Below, in pieces: positions 20,011 to 29,459 of a DNA stretch of 64,000 nt (its first letter is position 1; each line of letters starts with the position of its first letter). Source of the DNA: an uncultured Akkermansia sp. (GTDB lineage Bacteria; Verrucomicrobiota; Verrucomicrobiia; Limisphaerales; UBA9464); NCBI GenBank assembly GCA_964430505.1, contig CAYSGH010000016.1, positions 499-64,498 on the forward strand, read 5' to 3'. The position numbers and the translations under genes are program-made. A model generated the notes under the pieces. It was not told the origin of the DNA and searched no databases. It saw only the letters and a program-made list of their open reading frames with translations.

Positions 20011-21078
20011 TCAGGAATGCGCCAGCAGCCCCGCCGTCTCGGGAAAGCCGGAGAGGATGTTGAAGCTTTGCACCGCCTGACCGGCCGCACCCTTCACGAG
20101 GTTGTCCTCGGCGCTCAGGATCACGAGGCGGCCCGTGCGGGGGTCGAGGCGCCAGGCCAGCTCCACGAAGTTGGTGCCGACGACGTTCTTGGTGTCGGGG
20201 AGCGCCTTGCCTTCCAGCACGCGCACGAAGGGCTCGTGGGCGTATGCCTCGGCGTAGCAGGCGGCGATGCGGCGGCCCAGGTCGGCGGCCTCCTCGGCCG
20301 AGTGGAAGGAGGCGGCGGGCGCCACGTAGAGGGTGCTGTGGATGCCGCGGTTCACGGGGACGAGGTGCGGCGTGAACTGGATCACCACGGGCTGCCCCGC
20401 CGCCAGGGACAGTTGCTCCTCGATCTCGGACAAGTGGCGGTGCTTGGGCACCCCGTAGGCGCGCAGGCTCTCGTTGCACTCGCAGAACAGGTAGTCCACC
20501 TCCGCCTTCCGCCCCGCGCCGCTCACGCCGCTCATCGAGTCGGCGATGATGCCCCCCGGCCGCACCAGCCCCGCCCGCAGCAACGGGATCAAGGGAAGCA
20601 GGATGCTCGTGGGATAACAGCCCGGCGACGCCACCAGCCGCGCCCTCGCAATCTCCGCTCGATACACCTCCGGCAACCCGTACACCGCCTGCGACAACAG
20701 GGCCGGGGCCGGGTGCTCGTGCGCGTAGAACTCGCGGTACGTCTCCGCGCTCCGGAGCCGGAAGTCCGCGCTCAGGTCGATCACCACGCGCCCCGCCTCC
20801 AGCAAGGGAATGGCAAACTCCGCCGCGACGCCGTGCGGCAAGGCCAGGAACACGACGTCCGCCGCCGCCGCCAACGCCGACACGTTCGGCTCCGAGAACC
20901 GAACGGCCCGGGCCTTGGGATGGCTGGCAAACCTGGGAAACACCTGGGCGATCGTCTGCCCGGCGGATTGCCGCGACGTGACCGCCACGAGGTCGGCGTG
21001 CGGATGGTTGAGCATCAACCGCACCAGTTCCTCCCCCGAATACCCGCTGGCCCCCATGATCGCGACGCGCTTCGTCAT
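20011..21078 (-). CDS. argC: N-acetyl-gamma-glutamyl-phosphate reductase
   Basis: ATG at 21078 (MTKRVAIMGASGYSGEELVRLM...), with an alternative at 21087. Contains SPGCYPTS (catalytic Cys) and SGVSGAGRK. Confidence 0.9.
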   Translation of the reverse strand: MTKRVAIMGASGYSGEELVRLMLNHPHADLVAVTSRQSAGQTIAQVFPRFASHPKARAVRFSEPNVSALAAAADVVFLALPHGVAAEFAIPLLEAGRVVIDLSADFRLRSAETYREFYAHEHPAPALLSQAVYGLPEVYRAEIARARLVASPGCYPTSILLPLIPLLRAGLVRPGGIIADSMSGVSGAGRKAEVDYLFCECNESLRAYGVPKHRHLSEIEEQLSLAAGQPVVIQFTPHLVPVNRGIHSTLYVAPAASFHSAEEAADLGRRIAACYAEAYAHEPFVRVLEGKALPDTKNVVGTNFVELAWRLDPRTGRLVILSAEDNLVKGAAGQAVQSFNILSGFPETAGLLAHS

Positions 21079-21252
21079 GCCGCCCATCGTTGGGAAAGCC
21101 CAAGCATGAAGGAAGGCTGAAAAGGCTCGTGGAACGCGAGCCGTCCACCGGTCACCCCGCCCCCCACTCCCCGCCCCTTCCACATGCGCCGCCCGAGTCC
21201 GCCGTGGATTCCCAAGCTTTTCGTCGTGCCCGGCTCGTGGCCATGCTCGCGC

Positions 21253-22725
21253 ATGAATCCCGGATGGAAATCGGCCGCAACGCGCACGCTCGCGCTCTCG
21301 GCCGCCACGTTCGCCCTTCACGGGGCGGAGGGTCCCGCCACCGCGCAGCAGCCCGTGGGTTCAGGCTTCCGCGGGCCCGGCCGCACGGGTGTTGCGGCCG
21401 CCGATGCGCGGCCCCCGACTCGATTTGGCCCGGGCACAAACGAGCTTTGGTCCGTGGCGCTGCCCAAGGGCCATTCGTCGCCGGTCGTCCTCGACGGCAA
21501 GGTCTTCGTCACGGCACAGGACGGCGATGCGTTGGTCACGCTCGCGTTGGACGCCGCCACCGGAAGGGAGGCGTGGCGTCGGTCCGTCACGCCGCGCCGG
21601 ATGGAGGAGGTGCACCGCACGCTGGGCAGCCCGGCGTCGGCCACGGTGGCCACCGACGGGATGGCGTTGTACGTGCACTTTGGGTCGTATGGCATGGTTT
21701 CCTACGGTCTCGACGGGACGGAGCGGTGGCGTCGGCCCATGGCGGTGACGGAGACGGAGTACGGCGCGAGTGCGTCGCCGTTGGTGGTGGGCGACGTGGT
21801 GGTGCAGTTGATCGACCAGGACGCCGGGTCGCACGTGGTGGCGTTACGGCGCGTGGACGGGGCCGAGGCGTGGCGCGTCGAGCGGCCGGAGATGCGACGC
21901 GGCTTTGGGAGCCCCGTGGCATGGACGCATCATGGGCGGACGGACGTGGTGTTGCCCGGCACGATCTTCATGGTGGGGCTGGACCCGGCGACGGGGTCGG
22001 AGCGTTGGCGCGTGGACGGTTTGGCACGGATCACCTGCACCACGCCCGTCGTCGTCGGCGACACGTTGTATTCGGCGAGCTGGACGACGGGCGGGGATCG
22101 GTCTTCGGAACGCATCGAGCTGGCGGGGTTTGATGCGGTGTTGAAGGGGAACGACCGAGATGGCGACGGGCGGTTGTCTTATGCGGAGCTGCCCGAGGGC
22201 GCGGCCCGCGAGCGGCGGAAGCACCTGGATGGGAACCGCGACGGGCACGTGGACCGAGGGGAGTGGGAGAGCATGGCGTCGATCTTTGCCCGCGTGGAAA
22301 ACCAGGCATGGGCCTTGGAGGCGGGGAAGGACGGCTCGGTGACGTCGTCCGGGGTTCGTTGGCGGTTCAAGCGGGGATTGCCCTACGTGGCATCGCCGCT
22401 CGTCCACGACGGCTGCTTCTACATGGTGAAGAACGGGGGCTTTCTCACGTGCCTCGACGTCGCCACGGGCCAGCCCCACTACCGGGAGGAACGGCTGCCA
22501 GCCGGGGGCGACTACTACGCGAGCCCCGTGCTCGCGGGCGGGCACCTCTACCTGGCCTCGCAGGGCGGCGTGATAACCGTCGTGAAGGCGGGGCCGCGCC
22601 TCGAGGTCGTGGGCCGCGCGGATTTTGGCGAGCCCGTGCAGGCGACGCCCGCCGTCGTCGGCGACCGCCTCTACGTGCGAACGGCGGGCCGGCTCTGGGC
22701 CTTCGCAGACCCACCTTCCCGCTGA
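21253..22725 (+). CDS. secreted PQQ-like/BamB-like beta-propeller repeat protein with an inserted EF-hand pair
   Basis: ATG at 21253 (MNPGWKSAATRTLALSAATFALHG, a signal peptide). Repeated propeller blades (SSPVVLDGKVFVTAQDG, ATDGMALYVHFGS, ASPLVVGDVVV, ASPLVHDGCFYMVKNGG, ASPVLAGGHLYLASQGG, ATPAVVGDRLYVRTAG). EF-hand loops DRDGDGRLSYAEL and DGNRDGHVDRGEW. Confidence 0.7.
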   Translation: MNPGWKSAATRTLALSAATFALHGAEGPATAQQPVGSGFRGPGRTGVAAADARPPTRFGPGTNELWSVALPKGHSSPVVLDGKVFVTAQDGDALVTLALDAATGREAWRRSVTPRRMEEVHRTLGSPASATVATDGMALYVHFGSYGMVSYGLDGTERWRRPMAVTETEYGASASPLVVGDVVVQLIDQDAGSHVVALRRVDGAEAWRVERPEMRRGFGSPVAWTHHGRTDVVLPGTIFMVGLDPATGSERWRVDGLARITCTTPVVVGDTLYSASWTTGGDRSSERIELAGFDAVLKGNDRDGDGRLSYAELPEGAARERRKHLDGNRDGHVDRGEWESMASIFARVENQAWALEAGKDGSVTSSGVRWRFKRGLPYVASPLVHDGCFYMVKNGGFLTCLDVATGQPHYREERLPAGGDYYASPVLAGGHLYLASQGGVITVVKAGPRLEVVGRADFGEPVQATPAVVGDRLYVRTAGRLWAFADPPSR

Positions 22726-23205
22726 CACCATCCAGCCTGGCCGAGACGACGATTCTGCGAACGGCGGGAAGCGCGTGCGGGAACCGGCTCTCGACGAGCC
22801 AACCCATGTGCGGAACGACCCTTCCCGTCAGGGCGGATGGGCCCATCGGCGGGAATCAACGGGCTTGCCCCGCGGGCGAGGTCCTTGCGGGCCCGTGGAG
22901 GCCTTGGGCCAGGTCCCGGGACGCTGCGCACGGGGATGCAGCACCGGTGCCGCCGCGCGGGGGCGCGCCGCCTGCGGCGGGGGCGGAGCCGTTTGCCGGG
23001 CCGCTCCATTCCCAGGCCGTGTTGGCGCGCATCTTGGGTCTTGAATCCCATCGGTCCTCGCAAATCCTCACCGGGTGATTCCTCGCGGGCGCAACGCCTC
23101 ACGGCGGGCCGAACCTGGCCCCACCCCTCCGGCTTCGGCCGCTTCCACGGCCCGGAGGCGCTCCGGGGTCGCCGCCAAGGCCGACGGCGGCCGCAGGGCC
23201 TCCCC

Positions 23206-25410
23206 TTGAGCTTCACGCTGTCCCAGGACCGCGCGCCCGCGTCCGCCGACTCCCTCGCCGGCCTGGTGGAGCGCGTCACGTTCCACAACGAGGAGAACGG
23301 GTGGTCCGTCCTCAAGGTGCGAGCCCAGGGGCATCGGGACCTCGTGACCGTCGTGGGCAGCCTGCCTGCCGTCACGGCGGGCGAATGGCTTGAGGCGTCG
23401 GGCCGATGGGTGCAGGACCGCGAGTTCGGGCCGCAGCTCAAGGCCGAGACGCTGCGCACCGCCCCCCCGGACAGCGCCGAGGGCATCGAGCGCTACCTCG
23501 CGTCGGGGCTCGTCCGCGGCATTGGGCCTTCCTACGCACGCAAGCTGGTCGCCGCCTTCGGCACCGGCATCTTCGACGTGATCGAGACCGCCTCCGCGCG
23601 GCTCGAGCAAGTCCCCGGAATCGGGCCGAAGCGCCGGCTTCGCATCAAGCAGGCATGGAACGAGCAGAAGGCCGTCCGGCGCATCATGGTCTTCCTCCAC
23701 GGCCACGGCGTGTCCACCTCCCGTGCCGTCCGCATCCACAAGACTTACGGCGACGAGGCCATCGAGGTCGTGCGGACGGACCCGTACCGCCTCGCGCGCG
23801 ACATTCCTGGGATCGGGTTCAAGACGGCCGACCAGATTGCGCTCCGGGTGGGCCTGGCGCCGGACTCGCCCCGGCGCGTGGACGCTGGCATCCGCCATGT
23901 CCTCCTTGAGGCCACGGATTCCGGCCACTGCGCCCTGCCCTTCGACGAGCTGCGGGACAAGGCGGCGGACTGCCTTGGGGCGCCCGCTCCCCTGGTCTTG
24001 GGCGGCATGGAGCGTTCCTTGCAGGAACACGCGTTGGTGCGCGAGAACATGGATGGCATCGACCTTCTCTTCCTCCCGCACCTGCGCGAGGCCGAGCAGG
24101 GGATTGCGCGGGCCCTGCTGGCCCGGGTCCAGGCCCCTGCCCCGTTCGCGAACGTGGACGCGCTGGCGGCCCTGCCATCAATCGAGGCCGAGACCGGGCG
24201 CCCCCTGGCCCCAACACAGCGGCAGGCCCTGCTCAAGACCCTGCAACACGCCATCATGGTCATCACGGGCGGGCCGGGCGTCGGGAAGACCACCCTGCTA
24301 CGCACACTCATCGCGCTCCTCCGGCGCCACAACGTGCGCGTCGTGCTGGCCGCCCCGACCGGGCGCGCCGCGCGGCGCCTGTCGGAGGCGACCGGCCAGC
24401 CCGCGTCCACCCTGCATCGACTCCTGGAGTTCCAGCCCGGGGGCGGCGGGTTTGCCCGCAACCCCTCGCAGCCGCTCGCCACCGACCTGCTCGTGATCGA
24501 CGAATGCTCGATGGTGGACGTGCCGCTGCTGCACGCCGCCCTCCGCGCCTTGCCACGCACCGCCGCGCTGTGGCTCGTGGGCGATGCCGACCAACTCCCA
24601 TCCGTCGGGCCTGGCACCGTCCTCCGGGACCTGATCGAGTCCGGCGGGCTTCCCGTCGCGCGGCTGGTGGAGGTGTTCCGGCAGGACGCCGCCAGCCGCA
24701 TCATCACCAATGCCCATCGCATCAACGAGGGCCTCGTCCCCGACCTCGCCCGGCCCGCCGAGCTGTCGGACTTCTACTGGATCGAGCGGGAGGACCCGGA
24801 GCGGATCCTGGAGACGTTGGTGGAGGTCGTGCGCGACCGCATCCCGGCGCGCTTTGGCCTCGACCCGGTGCGAGACGTCCAGGTGCTGACGCCGCAGAAC
24901 CGGGGCTCGCTGGGAGTCCGGGAACTCAACCGCGTGCTCCAGTCCGTGCTCAACCCGCCCGGCGAGCCGGACCACGCGATCCAGCGCTTCGGGACCGACT
25001 TCCGGCCCGGGGACAAGGTCCTGCAAACCCGCAACAACTACGACAAGGACGTGTTCAACGGCGACATCGGGCGCATCCGGGCCATCGACGCCGTCGAGCA
25101 GGAGGTGGAGGTGGACTTTGAAGGGCGGGTGGCGCGGTACGAGTTTGGGGAGCTGGACGAGCTGGTGCTGGCGTATGCCACCACGGTTCACAAGAGCCAG
25201 GGGTCGGAGTTCCCCGCCGTCGTGGTCCCGTTGGCGTCGCAGCAGTTCCTTCTCCTGCAACGCAACCTCCTTTACACGGCTGTGACCCGGGCCAAGAGGC
25301 TGGTCGTCCTGGTTGGCCAGGCCCGCGCCCTCCAGCGCGCCGTGCAAAACCACCACGTGGAACGGCGCTGGGGCGGCCTGCTGGCCCGTCTCCGGCCCGC
25401 GTCCCCATGA
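23206..25410 (+). CDS. recD2: SF1B ATP-dependent RecD-like DNA helicase (RecD2)
   Basis: LAGLVERVTFHNEENGWSVLKVRAQG (N-terminal OB-like domain). HhH region. Walker A ITGGPGVGKTT. LVIDECSMVD. VGDADQLPSVGPG. C-terminal YATTVHKSQGSEF...LLYTAVTRAK. The ORF is open from 22837 but its first ~120 codons are Arg-rich and do not look coding. There is no ATG, and the TTG at 23206 was chosen (734 aa). The start is uncertain. Confidence 0.85.
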   Translation: MSFTLSQDRAPASADSLAGLVERVTFHNEENGWSVLKVRAQGHRDLVTVVGSLPAVTAGEWLEASGRWVQDREFGPQLKAETLRTAPPDSAEGIERYLASGLVRGIGPSYARKLVAAFGTGIFDVIETASARLEQVPGIGPKRRLRIKQAWNEQKAVRRIMVFLHGHGVSTSRAVRIHKTYGDEAIEVVRTDPYRLARDIPGIGFKTADQIALRVGLAPDSPRRVDAGIRHVLLEATDSGHCALPFDELRDKAADCLGAPAPLVLGGMERSLQEHALVRENMDGIDLLFLPHLREAEQGIARALLARVQAPAPFANVDALAALPSIEAETGRPLAPTQRQALLKTLQHAIMVITGGPGVGKTTLLRTLIALLRRHNVRVVLAAPTGRAARRLSEATGQPASTLHRLLEFQPGGGGFARNPSQPLATDLLVIDECSMVDVPLLHAALRALPRTAALWLVGDADQLPSVGPGTVLRDLIESGGLPVARLVEVFRQDAASRIITNAHRINEGLVPDLARPAELSDFYWIEREDPERILETLVEVVRDRIPARFGLDPVRDVQVLTPQNRGSLGVRELNRVLQSVLNPPGEPDHAIQRFGTDFRPGDKVLQTRNNYDKDVFNGDIGRIRAIDAVEQEVEVDFEGRVARYEFGELDELVLAYATTVHKSQGSEFPAVVVPLASQQFLLLQRNLLYTAVTRAKRLVVLVGQARALQRAVQNHHVERRWGGLLARLRPASP

Positions 25411-25523
25411 GGCCCGGAGGTGGGTCGAGCCCGGCGCACGGAACGACGCCGGGCCCGCCGTTTTGTCACAATGGGTGCCTCGACGCCCGACGAGGCCCAC
25501 CGGTAGCGTCGAAGGCCGCATCC

Positions 25524-27668
25524 ATGGCGAAGGAATCGAGGCAGCGAGCCCCGGAGGGGCTGTTTTTCAACCGCGAGTTGTCATGGCTGGAATTCAACCG
25601 GCGGGTGCTGGGCGAGGCGCGCTGCCCGGGCGTGCCCTGGCTGGAGCGGCTGAAGTTCTTCTGCATCGCGCACTCGAACCTGGACGAGTTCTTCGAGGTG
25701 CGGGTGGCGGGGTTGAGGCAGGAGAAGGAGTCGGGGCGCGGCGGTCGGTCGCCGGATGGACGGACGGCGGGCGAAACCCTCGAGGCCGTGACGGCGTCGG
25801 TGCGGTCGCTGTTGGGGGAGGCCCGGGATTGCTGGCGCGACGAGCTGGTGCCGGGGCTTGCCCAGGCGGGCATCCATTTCCTGGACCCGGCGGCCCTTGG
25901 GGACGAGGCGCGATCGTGGCTGGCGGGATATTATCGGGACCGCGTGCATCCCGTGCTGACGCCGCTGGCGGTGGACCCGTCGCACCCGTTCCCGCAGGTG
26001 CTGAACAAGAGCGAGAACCTGATCACGCGGGCGACGTCGCGCGTCGGGGGCGAGGTGCGCCGGCGACTGGTGATCGTGCAGGTGCCGCGCGTCCTGCCGG
26101 CGGTGGTCGAGCTGCCGTCCGCCGAGGGCCGCATGGACTTCGTGTTCCTCGCGGACGTGATCGGCGCGCACCTCGGGGAGTTGTTCCCGGGGACGGAACT
26201 GGAGGGGCCCTCCGCGTTCCGGGTGACGCGAAACGGGGAGCTGTACATCGACGAGGAGGAGACGGGGAACCTGCTGGACGCCGTGGAGGCGGAGCTGGGC
26301 AACCGGAGGAAGGGGGAGGCGGTGCGGCTGGAGGTGAGCGCGAGCTGCCCGTTGGAAATCCAGGAGGAGCTGTTGAGCAGGCTGGGGCTGGAGCGGAAAG
26401 ACCTCTACGTGAAGGAGGGGCCGCTCAACCCGGCGCGGCTGATGTCGGTGTGCGCCGGGGAGCATTCGCCCGCGTTGCGGGAGCCCGCGTTCGTGGCGCG
26501 CGAGGCGGAGGGCTTGGGGGGGCGCGAGGACCTGTTCGCGGCGATCCGCGAACGCGACCGTCTGCTGCACCATCCGTATGACAGCTTCGAGACGGTGGTG
26601 CGGTTCCTGGAACAGGCGGCGTCGGACCCGCGGGTGCTGGCGATCAAGCAAACGTTGTACCGGACGGGGGGAGACCCGCGCGTCGTGGGGGCGTTGATGA
26701 GCGCGGTGCGAAACGGGAAGCAGGTGACGGCGGTCGTGGAGCTGAAGGCGCGGTTTGACGAGGCGAACAACATCCGGTGGGCGCGGGCGTTGGAAGAGGC
26801 GGGCGTGCACGTCGTGTATGGGCTGGTGGGCTACAAGATCCATTGCAAGGCGGCCCTCGTGGTGCGGAGGGAGGAGGTGGGCATCCGGCGGTACGTGCAC
26901 TTGTCCACGGGCAACTACAACGCGTCCACGGCGCGCTCCTACACGGACCTCGGGCTGCTGACGGCGCGCGCAGAGTTTGGGGAGGACGTGTCGGACATGT
27001 TCAACCTGTTGACGGGCCTGTGCCGCTTCCAGGGGACGCGCCGGCTGCTGGTGGCCCCGTACCAGATGGCGGAGCGGTTGGTCGAGATGATGGACCGCGA
27101 GGCGGCCCATGCGCGGGCGGGGGTGCCGGCGCGCATCGTCGCCAAGATGAACTCGCTCGTGGACCCGGAGGTGATCGAGGCGCTCTACCGCGCGTCGCGG
27201 GCGGGGGTGGAGGTGGACTTGATCGTGCGGGGCATTTGCTGCCTCCGGCCGGGGGTGGAAGGCATGAGCGCGACGATACGGGTTCGGAGCATCGTGGACC
27301 GCTTCCTGGAGCATGGCCGGGTGTGGTCGTTTGCCAACGGGGGACGGCCTGAGGTCTGGATGGCGAGCGCGGACTGGATGCCTCGCAACCTGCACAAGCG
27401 GATCGAGGTGGCGTTCCCCGTGGAGGACGGCCGGCTACGGGAGCGCGTCGAGGAGGAGATCCTGGGGCGGCAATTGTTGGACACGGCCAAGGCGCGGCTG
27501 CTCCAGCCGGATGGCCGTTACGTTCCGGCGGGGAGGAGGCCCGGGACGCCGCTGCGGCGGAGCCAGCTGGAGTTCATGGAACTCGCCACGCGCCGCGAAA
27601 CCGTGCAGGGAAAGGCGAGGCACCCGTCTCGCATGACGCCGGGGCGGCGCCCGACGGCATCGACATGA
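25524..27668 (+). CDS. ppk1: polyphosphate kinase 1
   Basis: ATG at 25524 (MAKESRQRAPEGLFFNRELSWLEFNRRVLGEA...), 714 aa. The PPK1 N, H and two PLD-like C domains are present (HHPYDSFETVV, VTAVVELKARFDE, YGLVGYKIHCKA, VHLSTGNYN, SADWMPRNL.KRIEV). Confidence 0.9.
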   Translation: MAKESRQRAPEGLFFNRELSWLEFNRRVLGEARCPGVPWLERLKFFCIAHSNLDEFFEVRVAGLRQEKESGRGGRSPDGRTAGETLEAVTASVRSLLGEARDCWRDELVPGLAQAGIHFLDPAALGDEARSWLAGYYRDRVHPVLTPLAVDPSHPFPQVLNKSENLITRATSRVGGEVRRRLVIVQVPRVLPAVVELPSAEGRMDFVFLADVIGAHLGELFPGTELEGPSAFRVTRNGELYIDEEETGNLLDAVEAELGNRRKGEAVRLEVSASCPLEIQEELLSRLGLERKDLYVKEGPLNPARLMSVCAGEHSPALREPAFVAREAEGLGGREDLFAAIRERDRLLHHPYDSFETVVRFLEQAASDPRVLAIKQTLYRTGGDPRVVGALMSAVRNGKQVTAVVELKARFDEANNIRWARALEEAGVHVVYGLVGYKIHCKAALVVRREEVGIRRYVHLSTGNYNASTARSYTDLGLLTARAEFGEDVSDMFNLLTGLCRFQGTRRLLVAPYQMAERLVEMMDREAAHARAGVPARIVAKMNSLVDPEVIEALYRASRAGVEVDLIVRGICCLRPGVEGMSATIRVRSIVDRFLEHGRVWSFANGGRPEVWMASADWMPRNLHKRIEVAFPVEDGRLRERVEEEILGRQLLDTAKARLLQPDGRYVPAGRRPGTPLRRSQLEFMELATRRETVQGKARHPSRMTPGRRPTAST

Positions 27669-28504
27669 CGACGAGGAAGTGCTGGGTGACGGGAGCAGGC
27701 GGGTTGATCGGGAACGCCGTGGTGGAGAGCCCATCGTTGCCACGCGGCTGGGAGGCCGTGGGCCTTGGCCGTTCCGCCCTCGACCTCACGGACGAGCAGG
27801 CGGTCTCGCGGCGCTTCGCGGCGGAGCGTCCCGATGGAGTGATCCACTGCGCGGCGATGAGCCGGTCGCCGGCCTGCGAGCGGGAGCCCGTGTTGGCCCG
27901 CCGGGCCAACGTGGAGGCGACGCGACACCTCGCCCGGCTCTTCGAGGGGCGGCCCATGGTGTTCTTGTCCACCGACCTCGTGTTTGACGGAACACGGGCT
28001 CCGTACCGTGAGGATGCACGGACGGGGCCGTTGTCGGCGTACGCACGGACCAAGGCGGAGGCGGAGGGCCTGGTCCTGGAGGACCCCGCGCACCTGGTGG
28101 TTCGCACGTCGCTGAACCACGGCACGTCGCCGACGCGGGACCGGGGCTTCAACGAGGAAATGGAACGGGCGTGGGCGGAGGGAAGGACCCTGTCGTTGTT
28201 CGTGGACGAGTACCGGTGCCCGATCGGCGCGGAGGTGACGGCGCGGGCGTTGTGGCAGTTGCTGGAGGTGGAGGCGCGAGGAGTCGTCCACGTGGCCGGG
28301 ACGGAACGGTTGTCGCGGTGGGAAATCGGCTGCCTCCTGGCGGGGGCCGATGCGCGGCGGCGCTCGTTGCTGCGGGAGGGATTCCTGAAGGACTTCCATG
28401 GCGCGCCCCGGCCACCGGACACAACGTTGGACGTGACCCGGGCACGGGCGTTGCTGGGGTGGGACCTCCCGCGTTACTCGGAGTGGCTGGGCCAGACACG
28501 GTGA
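27665..28504 (+). CDS. SDR-family NAD(P)-dependent reductase, RmlD (dTDP-4-dehydrorhamnose reductase)-like
   Basis: Rossmann motif WVTGAGGLIGNAV. Catalytic YARTK (YxxxK). STDLVFDG. Its ATG overlaps the ppk1 stop (ATGA). Confidence 0.75.
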   Translation: MTTRKCWVTGAGGLIGNAVVESPSLPRGWEAVGLGRSALDLTDEQAVSRRFAAERPDGVIHCAAMSRSPACEREPVLARRANVEATRHLARLFEGRPMVFLSTDLVFDGTRAPYREDARTGPLSAYARTKAEAEGLVLEDPAHLVVRTSLNHGTSPTRDRGFNEEMERAWAEGRTLSLFVDEYRCPIGAEVTARALWQLLEVEARGVVHVAGTERLSRWEIGCLLAGADARRRSLLREGFLKDFHGAPRPPDTTLDVTRARALLGWDLPRYSEWLGQTR

Positions 28505-29403
28505 ACACGGAGGATACCAACGCGGCTCAGGAGGCCGCGGCCTGCACGGTCGGTCGTTATCGCGGCCGGATGGCGCCCTCGCCCACGGGCTACCTGCATG
28601 TCGGCCACGCACGGACCTTCTGGGTGGCGTGGCGGCGTGCGCGCGAGGCGGGCGGGACGGTGGTGCTTCGCAATGACGACCTCGACGCCGGGCGCTCGCG
28701 GCCCGAGTTCGTCGAGGCGTTCATGGAGGACCTGGCCTGGTTGGGGCTGGACTGGGACGAGGGACCCGTCGCGCAGTCGGGCCGGATTGCGCTGTACGAG
28801 GAGGCCCTGCGGCGCCTGCAGGAAGGAGGCTGGGTTTATCCCTGCAAGTGCTCGCGTCGGGACGTGCTGTTGGCGTTGGGCGCACCCCATGCGGGGGAGG
28901 ATGAACCGCTGTACCCGGGCACCTGTCGTGGCAAGGCGATCGGGGATTTGGGCGCAAGCCCGGTCAGTTGGCGGATGCGGGTGGAGGCCGGGGAGGTGGT
29001 GGAGTTTGAGGATGGCGCCACGGGGAGGCAACGGTTCGTGGCTGGGCGCGACTTTGGGGATTTCGTCGTATGGCGGCCGGATGGCCTGCCAAGCTACCAG
29101 CTCGCCTGCGTGGTGGACGACGCGGGGATGGGGATAACGGAGGTGGTGCGCGGGGAGGACTTGCTTGCCAGCACGGCGCGGCAACTGCTGCTTTACCGAG
29201 CCCTCGGCTACGAGGCGCCCCGGTTCCATCATTGCCCCTTGGTTCGGGACCGCCAGGGCCGGAGACTCGCCAAGCGGCATGACGCGCTCTCGGTCCGAGA
29301 ACTGCGAAGGGCAGGTTGGAGCGCGACAGGCATCCTGCACGGCATCGCAAGCGGTGCGATGGACGGGCTTTCGGCACGGGAGTCACGGCATGTACCGAGG
29401 TAA
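28501..29403 (+). CDS. gluQ: tRNA glutamyl-Q(34) synthetase (GluQRS)
   Basis: GRYRGRMAPSPTGYLHVGHARTF (class I HIGH-type motif), WVYPCKCSRRD...YPGTCR (zinc knuckle), GDFVVWRPDG.PSYQLACVVDD. The first ATG falls inside the conserved RFAPSP-type motif, so the GTG at 28501, overlapping the upstream stop (GTGA), is the likely start. Confidence 0.8.
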   Translation: MNTEDTNAAQEAAACTVGRYRGRMAPSPTGYLHVGHARTFWVAWRRAREAGGTVVLRNDDLDAGRSRPEFVEAFMEDLAWLGLDWDEGPVAQSGRIALYEEALRRLQEGGWVYPCKCSRRDVLLALGAPHAGEDEPLYPGTCRGKAIGDLGASPVSWRMRVEAGEVVEFEDGATGRQRFVAGRDFGDFVVWRPDGLPSYQLACVVDDAGMGITEVVRGEDLLASTARQLLLYRALGYEAPRFHHCPLVRDRQGRRLAKRHDALSVRELRRAGWSATGILHGIASGAMDGLSARESRHVPR

Positions 29404-29459
29404 AGAGCGCGACACGCTGGAGGCTTGCGTGGGTACGAGGCATCCGGAGAATTGCCCGG

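Noticed and set aside
22837-23205. N-terminal 123-codon extension of recD2 given by the ORF track
   Set aside because: It is Arg-rich (RRAGARRLRRGRSRLPGRS...) with weak third-position GC bias and no similarity to RecD2 N-termini. I treated it as non-coding leader.
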